Below are positions 43,585 to 56,588 of a DNA stretch of 64,000 nt, in pieces. Within the stretch, counting starts at the first letter, position 1, and every line of letters begins with the position of its first letter. The position numbers and the translations under genes were made by a program. Origin of the DNA: Octopus vulgaris. Its lineage: Eukaryota. Location: the NCBI GenBank assembly GCA_951406725.2, contig OX597821.1:108066001-108130000 (forward strand), read 5' to 3'. The notes beneath the pieces were generated by a model that saw only the letters and a program-made list of their open reading frames with translations, was not told the DNA's origin and made no database searches.

Positions 43585-44498
43585 GTCTCTATCACTCACA
43601 CACACATATACATACACATATTTATACTTGAATATATGCATACGTTTAGCATTGTATTCATGCAATCAAACATTGTGGTATAACTGTTGAAGAGTGTATG
43701 CTTAATGTAATGTATGGATGCAAGCATGTACATATATATATAGATGTGTGTGTGTGTGTGTGTGTTTGTGTAAAGATGGGATCTGGGTGTTAAAATGTGT
43801 GAAGATAAGATCGTGAAGAGCTTTGAAAACCTCCAGTTAGTTCGAATTGAACAAAAAGCTAAATGGTCTCTGGTCTAGATATATCTTACTTCCAATATCC
43901 TATATTTAAAATGCAATTCCACCATTCTTTTTGCAAATATAAGGAATTTTCCAGCGTCAAAAATATCAAAACCGACTCCCCACGTGGTTTGAGTAGACAC
44001 GACTTGAAAAAAAAATGAAGAAGAAAAGACATTAACAGCGTTGACCGAACGAATGAAACTCTAAAATTACTCAAATACCAAATAGAAGAATTCTTAGAAT
44101 CTGAGGATTGTTTAAGTTTTATCAATCATAAATCACAGGCATAAAAACCTCTGTAACTCGGTAAGTATTGAAAATTGGAGAATTCCATTCTATTTTGTTT
44201 TGATCTGGCCAGTCGCAGATAAAACAAAATTTATCATCTCCTGTCCTGCTTTATCATATCGTATCTGGTGTTAGATCGATTCTCATCGCCGTGTCTTTAT
44301 CGCTATATACAAACTTTATACTGAGTTGTTTGTTTATCTCTCCGCCATTCTATCTCTGTCTTCCTCTATATGTATATGTGTGTATGTATGGGAGTACCTG
44401 TGTGCGAGAGCATATATATGTATACACATGTATAAGGAAATATCGACTAAAAACGATATAGCATTAGATATGTTCACGCGCTCGCATACGCGTGTTTG

Positions 44499-44535
<37 letters not shown>

Positions 44536-44540
<5 letters not shown>

Positions 44541-44842
44541 CGTGATCACCGTGACTGACCAGATTATCAGATGTTGCTACTCATTGCTGGTCACAATGCG
44601 CTTCGCATTGTTTTAGCCTACAAATGACGCCACCCCGCTGGCTAAGCGAGCAGGCCAACAGAAGAAAGAGTGAGAGAAAGTTGTGGCGAAAGAGTACAGC
44701 AGGTTTCGCCACCACCCCCTGCAGGAGCCTCGTGGAACTTTAGTTGTTTTCGCTCAATAAACACTCACAACGCTCGGTCTGGGAATCGAAACCGCGATCC
44801 TACGACCGCGAGTCCCCCTAACCACTAGGCCATTGCGCCTCC
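44536..44842 (-). mobile_element. tRNA-derived SINE family C, full length
   Basis: TGGCCTAGTGG A-box, GTTTCGATTCC B-box, (CACGGTGAT)2 tail, flanked by (TA)n. Confidence 0.85.
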
Positions 44843-44907
<65 letters not shown>

Positions 44908-45224
44908 AGCATAAAAATTTCACGGTTGATCTCGAAACGATCCAGCGAAGCTACACTAAGAAATCGTCTCAGTTCCACGTGTCACCTACTTTGAAGTGGA
45001 AAGAAAGTTAAAGCTCTGCTCCCTAGAACGAAAGCGTGAAAAGATAAGTAGTGAATTTACATCAGGAAAATCCTGGAAGGAATTGTATCAAGCTTTGCTA
45101 CTGAAAGTTACACAAACAGCAGAACTGGTCACCATAGTGCATAGTTCCACAGATGCCAACTTCACCACCAATTTACATTAAGTTATACATTTGACGGATA
45201 TTTGTCTTCATCTTGTTTGTTGTT

Positions 45225-45270
45225 AACACAACGTTTCGTCTGATATACCCTCCAGGCTTCATCAGGTGTC
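45225..45270 (-). ncRNA. Candidate minimal type I hammerhead ribozyme
   Basis: GACAC-CTGATGA-a-GCCTG-gagggtatat-CAGAC-GAAA-CG-TT-GTGTT; stem II 4 of 5 pairs here and perfect in the copy near 13620. Confidence 0.7.
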
Positions 45271-45490
45271 TTGGGGAAAATTCGAACCTGGGTTCTCATT
45301 CCTAAGGTATTTTTCGATGCTGTTCTTCTTCTTCTTCTTCTTCTTCTTCTTCTTCTTCTTCTTCTTCTTCTTCTTCTTCTTCTTCTTCTTCTTCTTCTTC
45401 TTCTTCTTCTTCTTCTTCTTCTTCTTCTTCTTCTTCTTCTTCTTCTTCTTCTTTTCTTCTTCTTATTTTTTTATCATGCTAATCACCTAC

Positions 45491-45567
<77 letters not shown>

Positions 45568-45588
45568 TCATTATTATTATTATTTTTA

Positions 45589-45620
<32 letters not shown>

Positions 45621-45621
45621 G

Positions 45622-45695
45622 AGGTCTCTGCCTGGAATCGAACTCGGAATCTTTGGGTTAGTAGCCCGCGCTCTTAACCACTACGCAATATGCCC
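45622..45695 (-). promoter_or_regulatory. tRNA-like Pol III internal promoter (A and B boxes)
   Basis: TTGCGTAGTGGTTAA A-box, GGGCTACTAACCC anticodon-like arm, GAGTTCGATTCC B-box. Confidence 0.7.
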
Positions 45696-46180
45696 GTGGG
45701 CAACAAACAGGATGAGGACAAATACCCATCACATGTAAATAATGTACATAATTCCTTATCCCTTAAATACAGAACTGTATCACCACCAAAATACAGGACC
45801 AAATTCGGCAACGGCTTGGGTTTCAAGATTTCAAGGCCCCAAAATTATTCAATATACTTCCAAAAGGCCTTGAGATCAGCGTGGAGTGAATGCAGGTATT
45901 ATTAAAAAAAAACTGGATCTCCTCCTGTCAAGGATTACAGATGAGCCTACCACACAGCAGGAAACGCTGAGGGGTAGCAGCTTGAAGCCCCCCCCCCTCA
46001 CTTATCAAAAGCCACATATATGAGGAGGTTTCAGATAGTGAAGGTGTAGCAACGCCGACGTGGTGCCCCAGCATGACCGCAACATTTGAGCTACAACTGT
46101 TTAGCTTTATGTATATATATATGCAAACGCACGGAAGCACATTTGTATAAACATAAATACACACAGACTTTCATATATAT

Positions 46181-46678
46181 ACTTTGATACTTTGATACTT
46201 TGATAGGTTTCGGCCATTATTGGCCCAGGCCATGTCTAACTTAATAGCACCACCTGGTGAAGTCTTTCAAGTCAGAATTTGGGCACTATGGCCCACTCAA
46301 GTAGAGAGTTATTGTTTACAGAGACATATCCGGGTGTAGGGGGTTTATCCGGGATTTCTTGAAGGAATCTGTCCAAAGACTTCTTGAACCCTATAGGGTC
46401 AGTTTCTGTTTTAATGTGTTTTGGTGTAATGTTAAAGAGAGCGGGGCCAATTGAGGTGAAATAATTGTGCCGTATTGTTGTTATGAGATGAGAGTGCGAT
46501 TTTTGTTTTGGGCGGATGGCACGGGGCCCAAGCCTTGGATGTACCTTAAAGGTGATGCCAACATCATTTGGGCAATGCTGATGGAATATTTTCCACATCA
46601 TGCAGATGATGTAGCGCTCACGACGACGTTGGAGAGAATAGAGTTTTAGCTTTTCTAGCCGACCCCAATAGTCGATAG
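46181..46678 (-). mobile_element. 3' end of a CR1-group LINE
   Basis: [20 protein letters not shown]...LFNITP...[16 protein letters not shown] open to the stop; (ATCAAAGT)3 tail. Confidence 0.85.
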
Positions 46679-46787
46679 TGTATATATATATATAATAGTG
46701 TATATATATATATACACTCAGGCATATATATATATATGTATATATATATGTGTATATAAACATATACATACAAACATACATATGTAC

Positions 46788-46853
<66 letters not shown>

Positions 46854-47592
46854 GCATGCACACATGCTTACATGCATACACATATGTAGATATAAATATC
46901 TATATCTATATCTATATCAAAGTATGTATGTATGTATGTATGTATGTATGTATGTATGTATGTATGTATGTATGTATGTATGTATTTATCTATCTATCTA
47001 TCTCTCTCTCTCTCTATATATATATATTTATATATATATAAATATATATATATATAACTACATATACAAAATTATCTCGAGACCTCATTAACATATGACG
47101 AAAATGTTATCTCGGAATCATATTAAGAAGCCGCTGCAGCAAGAAAAAACCCAACAACAACAACAACAACAACAACAACAAATAAAACAAAAATAAACAT
47201 AATGATGATGATGATGATGATGATGATGACGCGACGATGATGATGATGGTGGTGATAAGAACCCCCCCAACATCATCGATGCGGTGTGCTGTATGTAATA
47301 AGCTGTGGCATTTGACGCTTCTGCAGCAATTTCAATCTCCAGCAGATTGCAATAGTCTTTAGCTTCAACCAATCCAATTATGAACTGTCAAAACATGTTA
47401 TTGCTTTCATCACAGATTTCAGATGCAAAAATCTACCGTCAACCGTCGACCATGTACGCCAGCTTATCATTTAACACGTACATATACGCACATGCAAACA
47501 CGCACGCTCTAGTTCACACGCATATATACATCTATCTGTCTGTCTGTCTGTTTGCCTGTCTGGCCTGTCTGGTCTGCCTCTCTGTTCGTCAC

Positions 47593-47653
<61 letters not shown>

Positions 47654-47698
47654 ATATATATATATATATTTATCTATCTATCTATCTATCTATCTATG

Positions 47699-47750
<52 letters not shown>

Positions 47751-48092
47751 CATCCATCCAGCCCTGTGTAGTCAATAAAGAAAATGATCTGTCTATCTCT
47801 TTGTCTATTTGTCTCTCTCTCTCTCTCGGTCTATCTATCTTTCTATCTATCTGTCTATCTTTCTGTCTTTCTATCAGTCTGTCTGTCCATCTTTCTATCT
47901 TTCTGTCTCTTTGCCTATCTATCTGTCAATTAGAACAGTGACTTCAAAGTTTCACCTTGGCCTAACTGCTTCAGTAGCCAGCTGTGTAGTTACTGTGATC
48001 CTCTTCTTTCAGAATGCTTCATATCCAGACTTGAACGAGAGATTATATTAAGCATAAGCTCTCTTTCACATCCATACACACAATATAATGTG

Positions 48093-48146
<54 letters not shown>

Positions 48147-48345
48147 CACACACATAGGAGCAACTATTGTTGAAGACTCATATTGTCGTTCAATGCTCGA
48201 AATGAGGAGTAGATAGACAGCTGAAAACTGATGAAGGGTCCTTTGTTTTCCATTTTATTTCTCGTTGTTTACGTGTTTCACTGGTTTTTCCCTCGTTTGT
48301 TTACCTATATCACGCTATTTGCACCGTTGGTGACGTCTTGGACCC

Positions 48346-48412
<67 letters not shown>

Positions 48413-48889
48413 TTTGAGGGAATATAAATCCTAACTTACAGGAAAAAATTCAATTTAGAAATACTAAATCAAATTTCACACAATATAATATATATATAAT
48501 TACTTGCGTGTGTGTAAGTATGTGTCTCTGTATATATGTGTGTGTGTGGACTCATTTATACTTATTCCTACATACAAACATTCATGGAGTAATACATCAT
48601 CTGGCGGTTCTCTTAAACACGAAGGACACGGATGGATTTGGCTTTCAAATCTTACTAGGAATATATACTATTTTCTCTAGATGTGACAATGGTGGGCGTC
48701 TCATGCAGTAGGTGTTACAATATTGTTTTGTAGATCCTTCATATGGCGTTTCATTCCGCTTCCTGGCGCACATTTCTTCCCATACACCTTGCAAATAGAG
48801 ATACTGCATGATGCTTAGTTCACCATGCTAATTTAACCATGTGTGTTCCTCCTCTGATGACTTCCAAGACTTGCCTTAATTAGACAGAT

Positions 48890-49215
48890 ACTGCCAAGCT
48901 ACTGGTAAATCAAATAGGGCGCTGCGCCATCGCACAAAGACAAATTATCATAATGGCCCTTACAGACAATTTTCATATTCGATACAATTTCGTACCAACT
49001 CCGTCGCACCTTCACGCCGCGCTTTCCTCCACAATAAACTATCTTGAACGAGGATTTTCCATTCATTTTCCAAGATTTTAGCCTTTTTGTTGTATTCTTG
49101 ATACCGTCCTTCATTTTGCTTTGTGCTGGACTTTACCCTCGGTTGACATAACATCCAGAAATTGCTTGGAGGCGAAATTGTCTTCCATTTTGATCACATG
49201 GCAACTCCTCCGCCA
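48890..49215 (-). pseudogene. Highly degenerate RTE-like 3' fragment
   Basis: HVIKMEDN...KQFL and WKILVQDSLLWRK resemble the RTE C-terminal motifs HV.RM and W...A.DR..WR. Confidence 0.45.
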
Positions 49216-49292
49216 TCGATGCATGCATAAATACATACATACATACATACATACATACATACACATATGCAAGCATACACAGATATATATAT

Positions 49293-49536
49293 ATTTCTTT
49301 ACTAACCACAAGGGGCTAAACACAGAGGAGACAAACGAGGACAGACAAACGAGGACAGACAAACAGATTAAGTCGATTACATCGACCCCAGTGCGTAACT
49401 GGTACTTAATTTATCGACCCCGGAAGAATGAAAGGCAAAGTCGACCTCGGCGGAATTTGAACTCAGAACGTAACGGCAGACGAAATACGGCAACGCATTT
49501 CGCCCGGCGCGCTAACGTTTCTGCCAGCTCGCCGCC
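49293..49536 (-). mobile_element. SINE family B, full length
   Basis: GGCGGCGAGCTGGCAGAAACGTTAGC head, GAGTTCAAATT B-box, and a CTTTCATTCTTCCGGGGTCGATAAATTAAGTACCAG core resembling the MetaSINE domain. Confidence 0.85.
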
Positions 49537-49752
49537 TCACGCATACACAGAGATATAACTATATTGTGTCCTCTTGTAAATATCTTGCTTCAGCAATTCA
49601 AATATCTTCCATTAACGCATTTACAAACATTTCTGCCATATTCCCTTATATTTGTCATCTTCCGTTTCACCTCACATCCATGTCCGTTCTCATCCCCTTC
49701 CACGCATTCCTCACGCACACTTAATAGTTACATACACGTACGCGCGCACGCG

Positions 49753-49812
<60 letters not shown>

Positions 49813-49813
49813 A

Positions 49814-50020
49814 ACTACGAACATTAACGCGCATTACTCTATTTCCACACTTCCACATCTCTGCACACGCACACACTCACACATACACACATACACACGC
49901 ACAAACAACCAACGTTGACACGCTACTTTACTTCCACACCTCAGCACCCTCCCCCCCCCCGCCAAACACCCAAACCACCAACATTAACGCGCGCTACTCT
50001 ATTTCCACACTTCCACACAT

Positions 50021-50068
<48 letters not shown>

Positions 50069-50325
50069 ACTCATACACACAATCTACCAACTTTGACGCA
50101 CGCTACTCTATTTCCACACTTCCACACCTCTGTACCACCCACACTCACGCACACAAACTACCAACATTAATGCACGCAACTCTATTTCCACACTTCCATA
50201 CATCTGCACACACACACACACACACACACTCACACACACATACACACACACACTCACACACACACAAACTACCTTCGTTGACGCACTCTACTCTGTTTCC
50301 ATATTTCCACACCTCTGTACCACTC
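49814..50325. repeat. Six ~50 bp repeats separated by variable CA-rich spacers
   Basis: Core CTACTCTATTTCCACACTTCCACAC in units starting near 49814, 49908, 49975, 50084, 50157 and 50268. Confidence 0.85.
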
Positions 50326-50884
50326 CACACTCACACACACACACACACACATATGTATATATTACATAACCATTTATACAACACTATGCCCTACTATCTA
50401 TACCAACCCGCTCTTTCCTACATTATTAAACTCCCACCATAGAACGGCATTCTCACCTGGTTCCAAACCCTCATCCGTTTTATTCCCTCTCAACTATAGT
50501 CTTTCTTATATGCCGCATGCCATCTCCTGAAGAAGGTGTAAAGCCCGAGATGTTAAGAAAATTTCCCTACTTTTAGCGTTAAGCTACTATAATATTTTTA
50601 ATCTAGTCTTCCCTGTATTGTTATCATCTTTTTGACTTTACTATGTATGCGCGGGTAAGGATGGGTATGCTTTTTGTGAGTATAAGTACGTATATGTGTA
50701 TTCATATATATATGTGCGTGAGTGTATATAAAGTATATCCATGTATACCTATGTACATATATATATATATACATATATATATTTTTATATGTGTATATAT
50801 ATGTGTTTATGTGTGCATATGTATGTGGTTATATATATATATATATATGCTTATATATATACATATGTACACTCGCAATAAATA

Positions 50885-50995
<111 letters not shown>

Positions 50996-51010
50996 GGTCG
51001 GTCTCGTGAT

Positions 51011-51050
<40 letters not shown>

Positions 51051-51088
51051 CCATGTGCCTGTGCATATATATATATACACATATATTT

Positions 51089-51127
<39 letters not shown>

Positions 51128-51359
51128 TATGCATTTATATACATATAAATGTTGACTTTATTTTCTATTGTCTATATATTTCAACTGTATTTCTGTTAGA
51201 TTGTGATATTGAAGAAAATCCACAGACCTCGTTTCCTTTTTTTTTTTGTTACTCCCTCTGCTAAACGCTTTGTACAAAATAAATATTTTCAAAAAAACTG
51301 CAATACGCGTAACATCAGTGTGTATTTGCGTGTATACACTCGCCCCTACCCCAACACCA

Positions 51360-51429
<70 letters not shown>

Positions 51430-51634
51430 TAGTGGTATACATCCTGCAATGTGATAACGGCAGACACAAGCCTACATGCGAAAAAGGGGAAAATAATATT
51501 TTTGCGTACATATATCTCTTTAACAGCGGCTGTTAAAATTCATATCATAAAAGACTGATATATGATAGATACAAACGAACATAATAAATACAAATATATA
51601 CATACATATACATATATATATATATACATATATG

Positions 51635-51672
<38 letters not shown>

Positions 51673-51899
51673 CATAAATATATAAATATATATATATATG
51701 TATATATATATGTATGTATATACATATGTATATATATGTATATACATTTATATATATATATATATATGAATACATGGCTATCTTCAATTTGACGATGGGT
51801 GAAATATATAAGTTATCTCGGCACACTTGGGAAATAGTGAAAAATTTATCTCTCATGCTGATATGAAAGAAAATTATACTCGTAAATATAAATACATAC

Positions 51900-51965
<66 letters not shown>

Positions 51966-52037
51966 TTATGTATGTATATGTACATATATCTGTATGTATG
52001 TGTACGTGTGTTTGTAAGAATGTATGTATGATATCGT

Positions 52038-52071
<34 letters not shown>

Positions 52072-52282
52072 CAATGATGTTTCTGCGTATGCATGGCTCT
52101 ATGTGTGTGAGTGTTTGTATTCTTTCTTTATATGAATTTCGCCTGATGATAAGATTAACAACAGTGGTGATGATGATGATGATAATGATGATGATGATTA
52201 TTATTATGTTGCTGCTGCTGCTGCTGATGATGATGATGATGGTGGTGTTGATGATGATGACGACGACAATGACGATGATGAT

Positions 52283-52686
52283 GCGTGGCACCTTGGGTAA
52301 AGTGTCTTCTACTATAGCCTGGGGCCGACCAAAGCCTTCTGAGAGGATTTGGTAGAGGAAATTAAAAGGAGTCTGTCGTAAATATGTGTGTGTGCGTGCG
52401 TTTGTGTATGTGTGTGCGTGCGTAGATGTGTGTATGTGTGTCTGTGCATCTGTGTGTGGTTGTGTCTGTGTTTGTCCTCCACCCCCACCACCACCACCAC
52501 GACCACCACCATCGCTTAACAACTGATGTTGATGTGTTTACGTCCACGTCACTTAGCGGTTCGGCAAAAGAGACCAATAGAATTAGTAGTAGGCTCACAA
52601 AGATTAAGTTCTGGGGTCGATTTCTTCGATTGAAACCCTTTAACGCAGTGCTCCAGCATGACCGCAGTCTAATGACTGAAACAAAT
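52283..52686 (+). mobile_element. SINE family A lacking its head
   Basis: GCGTGGCACCTTGGGTAAAGTG...CTTAGCGGTTCGGCAAAAGAGACC...ATGACTGAAACAA. Confidence 0.85.
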
Positions 52687-52702
52687 GATCTCATTGATCA
52701 TT

Positions 52703-53030
52703 GATCTCATTCTTGCTCACAACATCATAAGCGGAAAGTGTAGCCTCTCGAAAGAGCTGTTCTTCACTCCTGCTCCAGAGCGTCGGCTGCGGGGTCACTC
52801 CGAAAAGCTCTATCTGCGACGATTTCATCTCAATCGAAGGAGAGGAGCTTTCACCGTCCGGGTTGCGGATCCGTGGAATAAGCTGCCGGACGAGATAGTG
52901 AAGATGCCGACGACCGCTCGGTTCAAAGTCTCCCTTGACCACAAATAGCCTGAACTCTTTGCATGAACACCACCCTGTACTTAACTCCATGTTCCCCTAC
53001 ATGGCCTTGCTTTTTGCTTATTGAGACCAA
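52703..53030 (+). mobile_element. 3' end of a CR1-clade LINE
   Basis: LRGHSEKL...FTVRVADPWNKLP...FKVSLD. Confidence 0.8.
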
Positions 53031-53056
53031 AATGTCGATGCTGAGAATCGTCGGCT

Positions 53057-53165
53057 GACTTAGCGGTTCGCCAAACTAGGTCGATAAAACGACGTAGCGT
53101 TTCGCCACACGAGATCGATAAAATGACTTAGCGGTTCGCCAAACATTATCGATAAAATGACCTAG
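53057..53165. repeat. 34 bp tandem repeat, about 3.2 copies
   Basis: GACTTAGCGGTTCGCCAAAC-nnnn-TCGATAAAAT units at 53057, 53091 and 53125. Confidence 0.85.
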
Positions 53166-53190
53166 GTCATTTCAGAACATTTATAAATAA

Positions 53191-53238
53191 GTCTTACAGC
53201 TGTTTCCGGGATATTTTATATATTCCTTCATCGGAGAC
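53191..53238 (-). ncRNA. Candidate variant hammerhead (CCGAUGA core)
   Basis: GTCT-CCGATGA-a-GGAATAT-ataaa-ATATCCC-g-GAAA-CAGCTG-TA-AGAC; palindromic stem III ACAGCTGT; GUA triplet. Confidence 0.6.
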
Positions 53239-53453
53239 GGCGTGAGAAAATGGTTAAGCAATAGCTATTCTAGATAAGATATGAAATAGAGAGTGAAGTG
53301 GAGGAATGATAATAGACGCGAGATATGCAGGGATATTGTATCCTCATTCGCATAACCACCGAAGCTGGAGCTTAACTATTTTGTGTTCCTATAGCACTTA
53401 CTCAGCATTACCTGACACCTTGGGGTCTTATTGATACCATTACCTCTCATAAC

Positions 53454-53492
<39 letters not shown>

Positions 53493-53714
53493 CTTTATTT
53501 AAAGCAGCAGAAAATTCAACAAAACCTGTTACTCTGAGTTTCCCGTTGCCGTTCATCGGACAGTTTTTGCAAAAACTGTCCGATGAACGGCAACGGAACT
53601 CAAATGGCAGGTTTTGTTGAATTTTCTGCTGCTTTAAATAAAGCATATTACTCTACCACTGGTATTTGAGTACTCTTTTTTCCACCTTGTTTCACATTTA
53701 TGTGTTTACTCCAG
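53493..53714. mobile_element. Inverted-repeat element with divergent hammerhead-like motifs, flanked by (TA)n
   Basis: 53493-53569 is mirrored by 53570-53643 around TTTTTG|CAAAAA. Confidence 0.75.
53526..53563 (-). ncRNA. Candidate variant hammerhead (CCGAUGA core, 2 bp stem II)
   Basis: CTGT-CCGATGA-a-CG-gcaa-CG-g-GAAA-CTC-a-GAG-TA-ACAG. Confidence 0.55.
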
Positions 53715-53746
<32 letters not shown>

Positions 53747-53754
53747 AACACATA

Positions 53755-53900
53755 ATGGGCTTATTTCTACCAAATTCACTCAAGAGGCTTTGGTCTTCCT
53801 GAGCCTATAGTAGAACACACTTGCCGATGATCCTACGCTATGGGACTGAACGTGGAACCATGTGGTTGGGAAGCAATCTTCTTACCACCCAACTACGCCT
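53755..53900 (-). mobile_element. SINE family A 5' half, diverged
   Basis: GGGACTGAAC...GGAACCATGTGGTTGGGAAGCAA.CTTCTTACCAC. Confidence 0.75.
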
Positions 53901-54154
53901 GAACCGATGGCGGATAGATCTTAAAGCAATCTTACATGCACCTCCAACTGTCAAATTAACTTCTGTTGGGAACCACTGATTTGGGCCCTTGTAAATCCAA
54001 TATTAAAATTGACATCGATATGAATCGAATCTTCGTTATATCTCAGAGGCAATATGTCTGAAAATAAAAAAAAAATTTTTAAATGAAAAAAAAAAAAGAA
54101 CGGAGAAATGGCTGCAAAAAAAGAATTGCTTGGTTTGGGCAGACGTCGGAGGTA

Positions 54155-56588
54155 AACACCGCCACCACCTTCAAAACCATGACCACCACCACAACCACAA
54201 CCATTACCAGCACCAGCACCACTACTATCTCCAACACCACCATCAGCAGAACTACTACAACCACTACCATAACCACCACCACCACAACTACAACAATTAC
54301 CACCACCAGCACTACTACCAACACTAGCATGACCACGACCACAACAACAACCATTGCTACCACCATCATCACTACTATCTCAAACAACACCACCACCAGC
54401 ACTACTACCATCACTACCATGATCACCACCACAACCATTACCACCATCATCACCACTGCTATCTCAAACACCACCACCACCAGAACTACTACAACCACTA
54501 CCATAGCCACCACCACAACTACAACTATTACCAGCACCACCACCACTATTATCTCAAGCACCACCACCACAACTACAACTATTACCAGCACCACCACCAC
54601 TGCTATCTCAAGCACCACCACCACCAGAACTACTACAACCACTACCATAACCACCACCACAACTACAACTATTACCAGCACCACCACCACTGCTATCTCA
54701 AACACCACCACCACCACCAGAACTACTACAACCGCTACCATAACCACCACCACAACTACAATTGCCACCACCATCACCACTACTATCTCAAACACCACCA
54801 CCACCACCAGAACTACTACAACCGCTACCATAACCACCACCACAACTACAATTGCCACCACCATCACCACTACTATCTCAAACACCACCACCACCACCAG
54901 AACTACTACAACCGCTACCATAACCACCACCACAACTACAATTGCCACCACCATCACCACTACTATCTCAAACGCCACCACCACCAGCACTACTATCAAC
55001 ACTACCATGACCACCATCACAACCACAACCATTACCACCACCATCACCACTACTATCTCAAACACCACCACCACCAGCACTACTACCACCACTAAAATGA
55101 CCACCACCACAACTACAACCATTACCATCACCATCACCACTACTATCTCAAACACCACCACCACCAGCACTACTACCACCACTAAAATGACCACCACCAC
55201 AACTACAACCATTACCATCACCATCACCACTACTATCTCAAACACCACCACCACCAGAACTACTACAACCACTACCATAACCACCACCACAACTACAATT
55301 GCCACTACTATCTCAAACGCCACCACCACCAGCACTACTATGAACACTACCATGACCACCACCACAACCACAACCATTACCACCACCATCACCACTACTA
55401 TCTCAAACACCACCACCACCACAACTACAACCATTACCAGCACCAGCAACACTACTATCTCAAACACCACCATCAGCAGAACTACTACAACCACTACCAT
55501 AACCACCACAACTACAACAATTACCACCACCATCACCACTGCTATCTCAAACACCACCACCACCAGAACTACTACAACCACTACCATGACCACCACCACA
55601 ACAACAACAATTGCCACCACCCTCACCACTACTATCTCAAACAACACCACCACCAGCACTACTACCATCACTACCATGACCACCACCACAACCACAACCA
55701 TTACCACCACCATCACCACTGCTATCTCAAACACCACCACCACCAGAACTACTACAACCACTACCATAACCACCACAACTACAACAATTACCACCACCAT
55801 CACCACTACTGTCTCAAACACCACCACCACCACAACTACAACCATTGTCACTACCATCACCACTACTATCTTAAACACCACCAACACCAGCACTACCACC
55901 ACACTACCATGACCACAACCACATCTACAACCATTACCACGACTATCTCAAATACCACCACCACCACCATCGCGACCACCAGCACTACTATCAAAACTAC
56001 TACCAAAACTTCCATGACCACCACCATCACCACTACTATCTCAAACACCACCACCACCACCACCAGCACTACTACGACCACTACCATGACCACCATCACA
56101 ACTACAACCATTACCACCACCATTACCGCTACTATCTCAAACACCATCACCACCACCACCATCGCTACCACCAGCACTACTACCAACATTACCATGACCA
56201 CCACCAGCACTACTTCCATGACCACCACAATCACCACTACTATCTCAAACACCACCACCACCACCACCATCGCTACCACCAAACTACTACCAACACTACC
56301 ATGACCACCACCAGCACTACTTCCATGACCACCACCATTACCGCTACTATCTCAAATACCACCACCACCACCATCGCTACCACCAGCACTACTACCAACA
56401 CTACCATGACCACCACCAGCACTACTTCCATGACCACCACCATCACCACTACTATCTCAAACACCACCACCACCACCACCAGCACTACTACCACCACTAC
56501 CATGACCACCATCACAACTACAACCATTACCACCACCATTACCACTACTATCTCAAACAACACCACCCCCACCACCAACAACAACAAA
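54155..56588. repeat. ACN-triplet minisatellite with ~90 bp higher-order units (Thr-rich pseudo-ORF)
   Basis: Recurrent ACTACTATCTCAAACACC anchor; identical 90 bp units start at 54721, 54811 and 54901. Confidence 0.9.

Larger units (their letters stand above)
45172..45779 (-). mobile_element. TSD-bounded composite retroelement: tRNA-like head, (TAA)n/(GAA)n, hammerhead and tail, plus an inverted tail copy
   Basis: TCACCACCAA at 45162-45171 and 45780-45789; head 45695-45622; hammerhead 45270-45225; inverted tail 45701-45779. Confidence 0.8.
44990..46090 (+). pseudogene. Old CR1-like LINE 3' region interrupted by the tRNA/hammerhead element
   Basis: KLKLCSLERKRE upstream and KKKLDLLLSRITDEP downstream resemble the C-terminal motifs of the other CR1-like fragments in the window. 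Confidence 0.6.

Noticed and set aside
45622-45695. Functional tRNA gene
   Set aside because: Acceptor and T stems pair poorly and it lies inside a TSD-bounded insert; treated as a SINE-type head. The same applies to the heads of SINE families A-C.
49814-50325. CRISPR-like repeat-spacer appearance
   Set aside because: Spacers are CA microsatellites, repeats are divergent, there are no cas genes, and the context is eukaryotic.
50523-50558. CTGAAGA-aGG...CC-GAGATGTT as an intact ribozyme
   Set aside because: Core and stems are damaged; counted only as a probable decayed relative.
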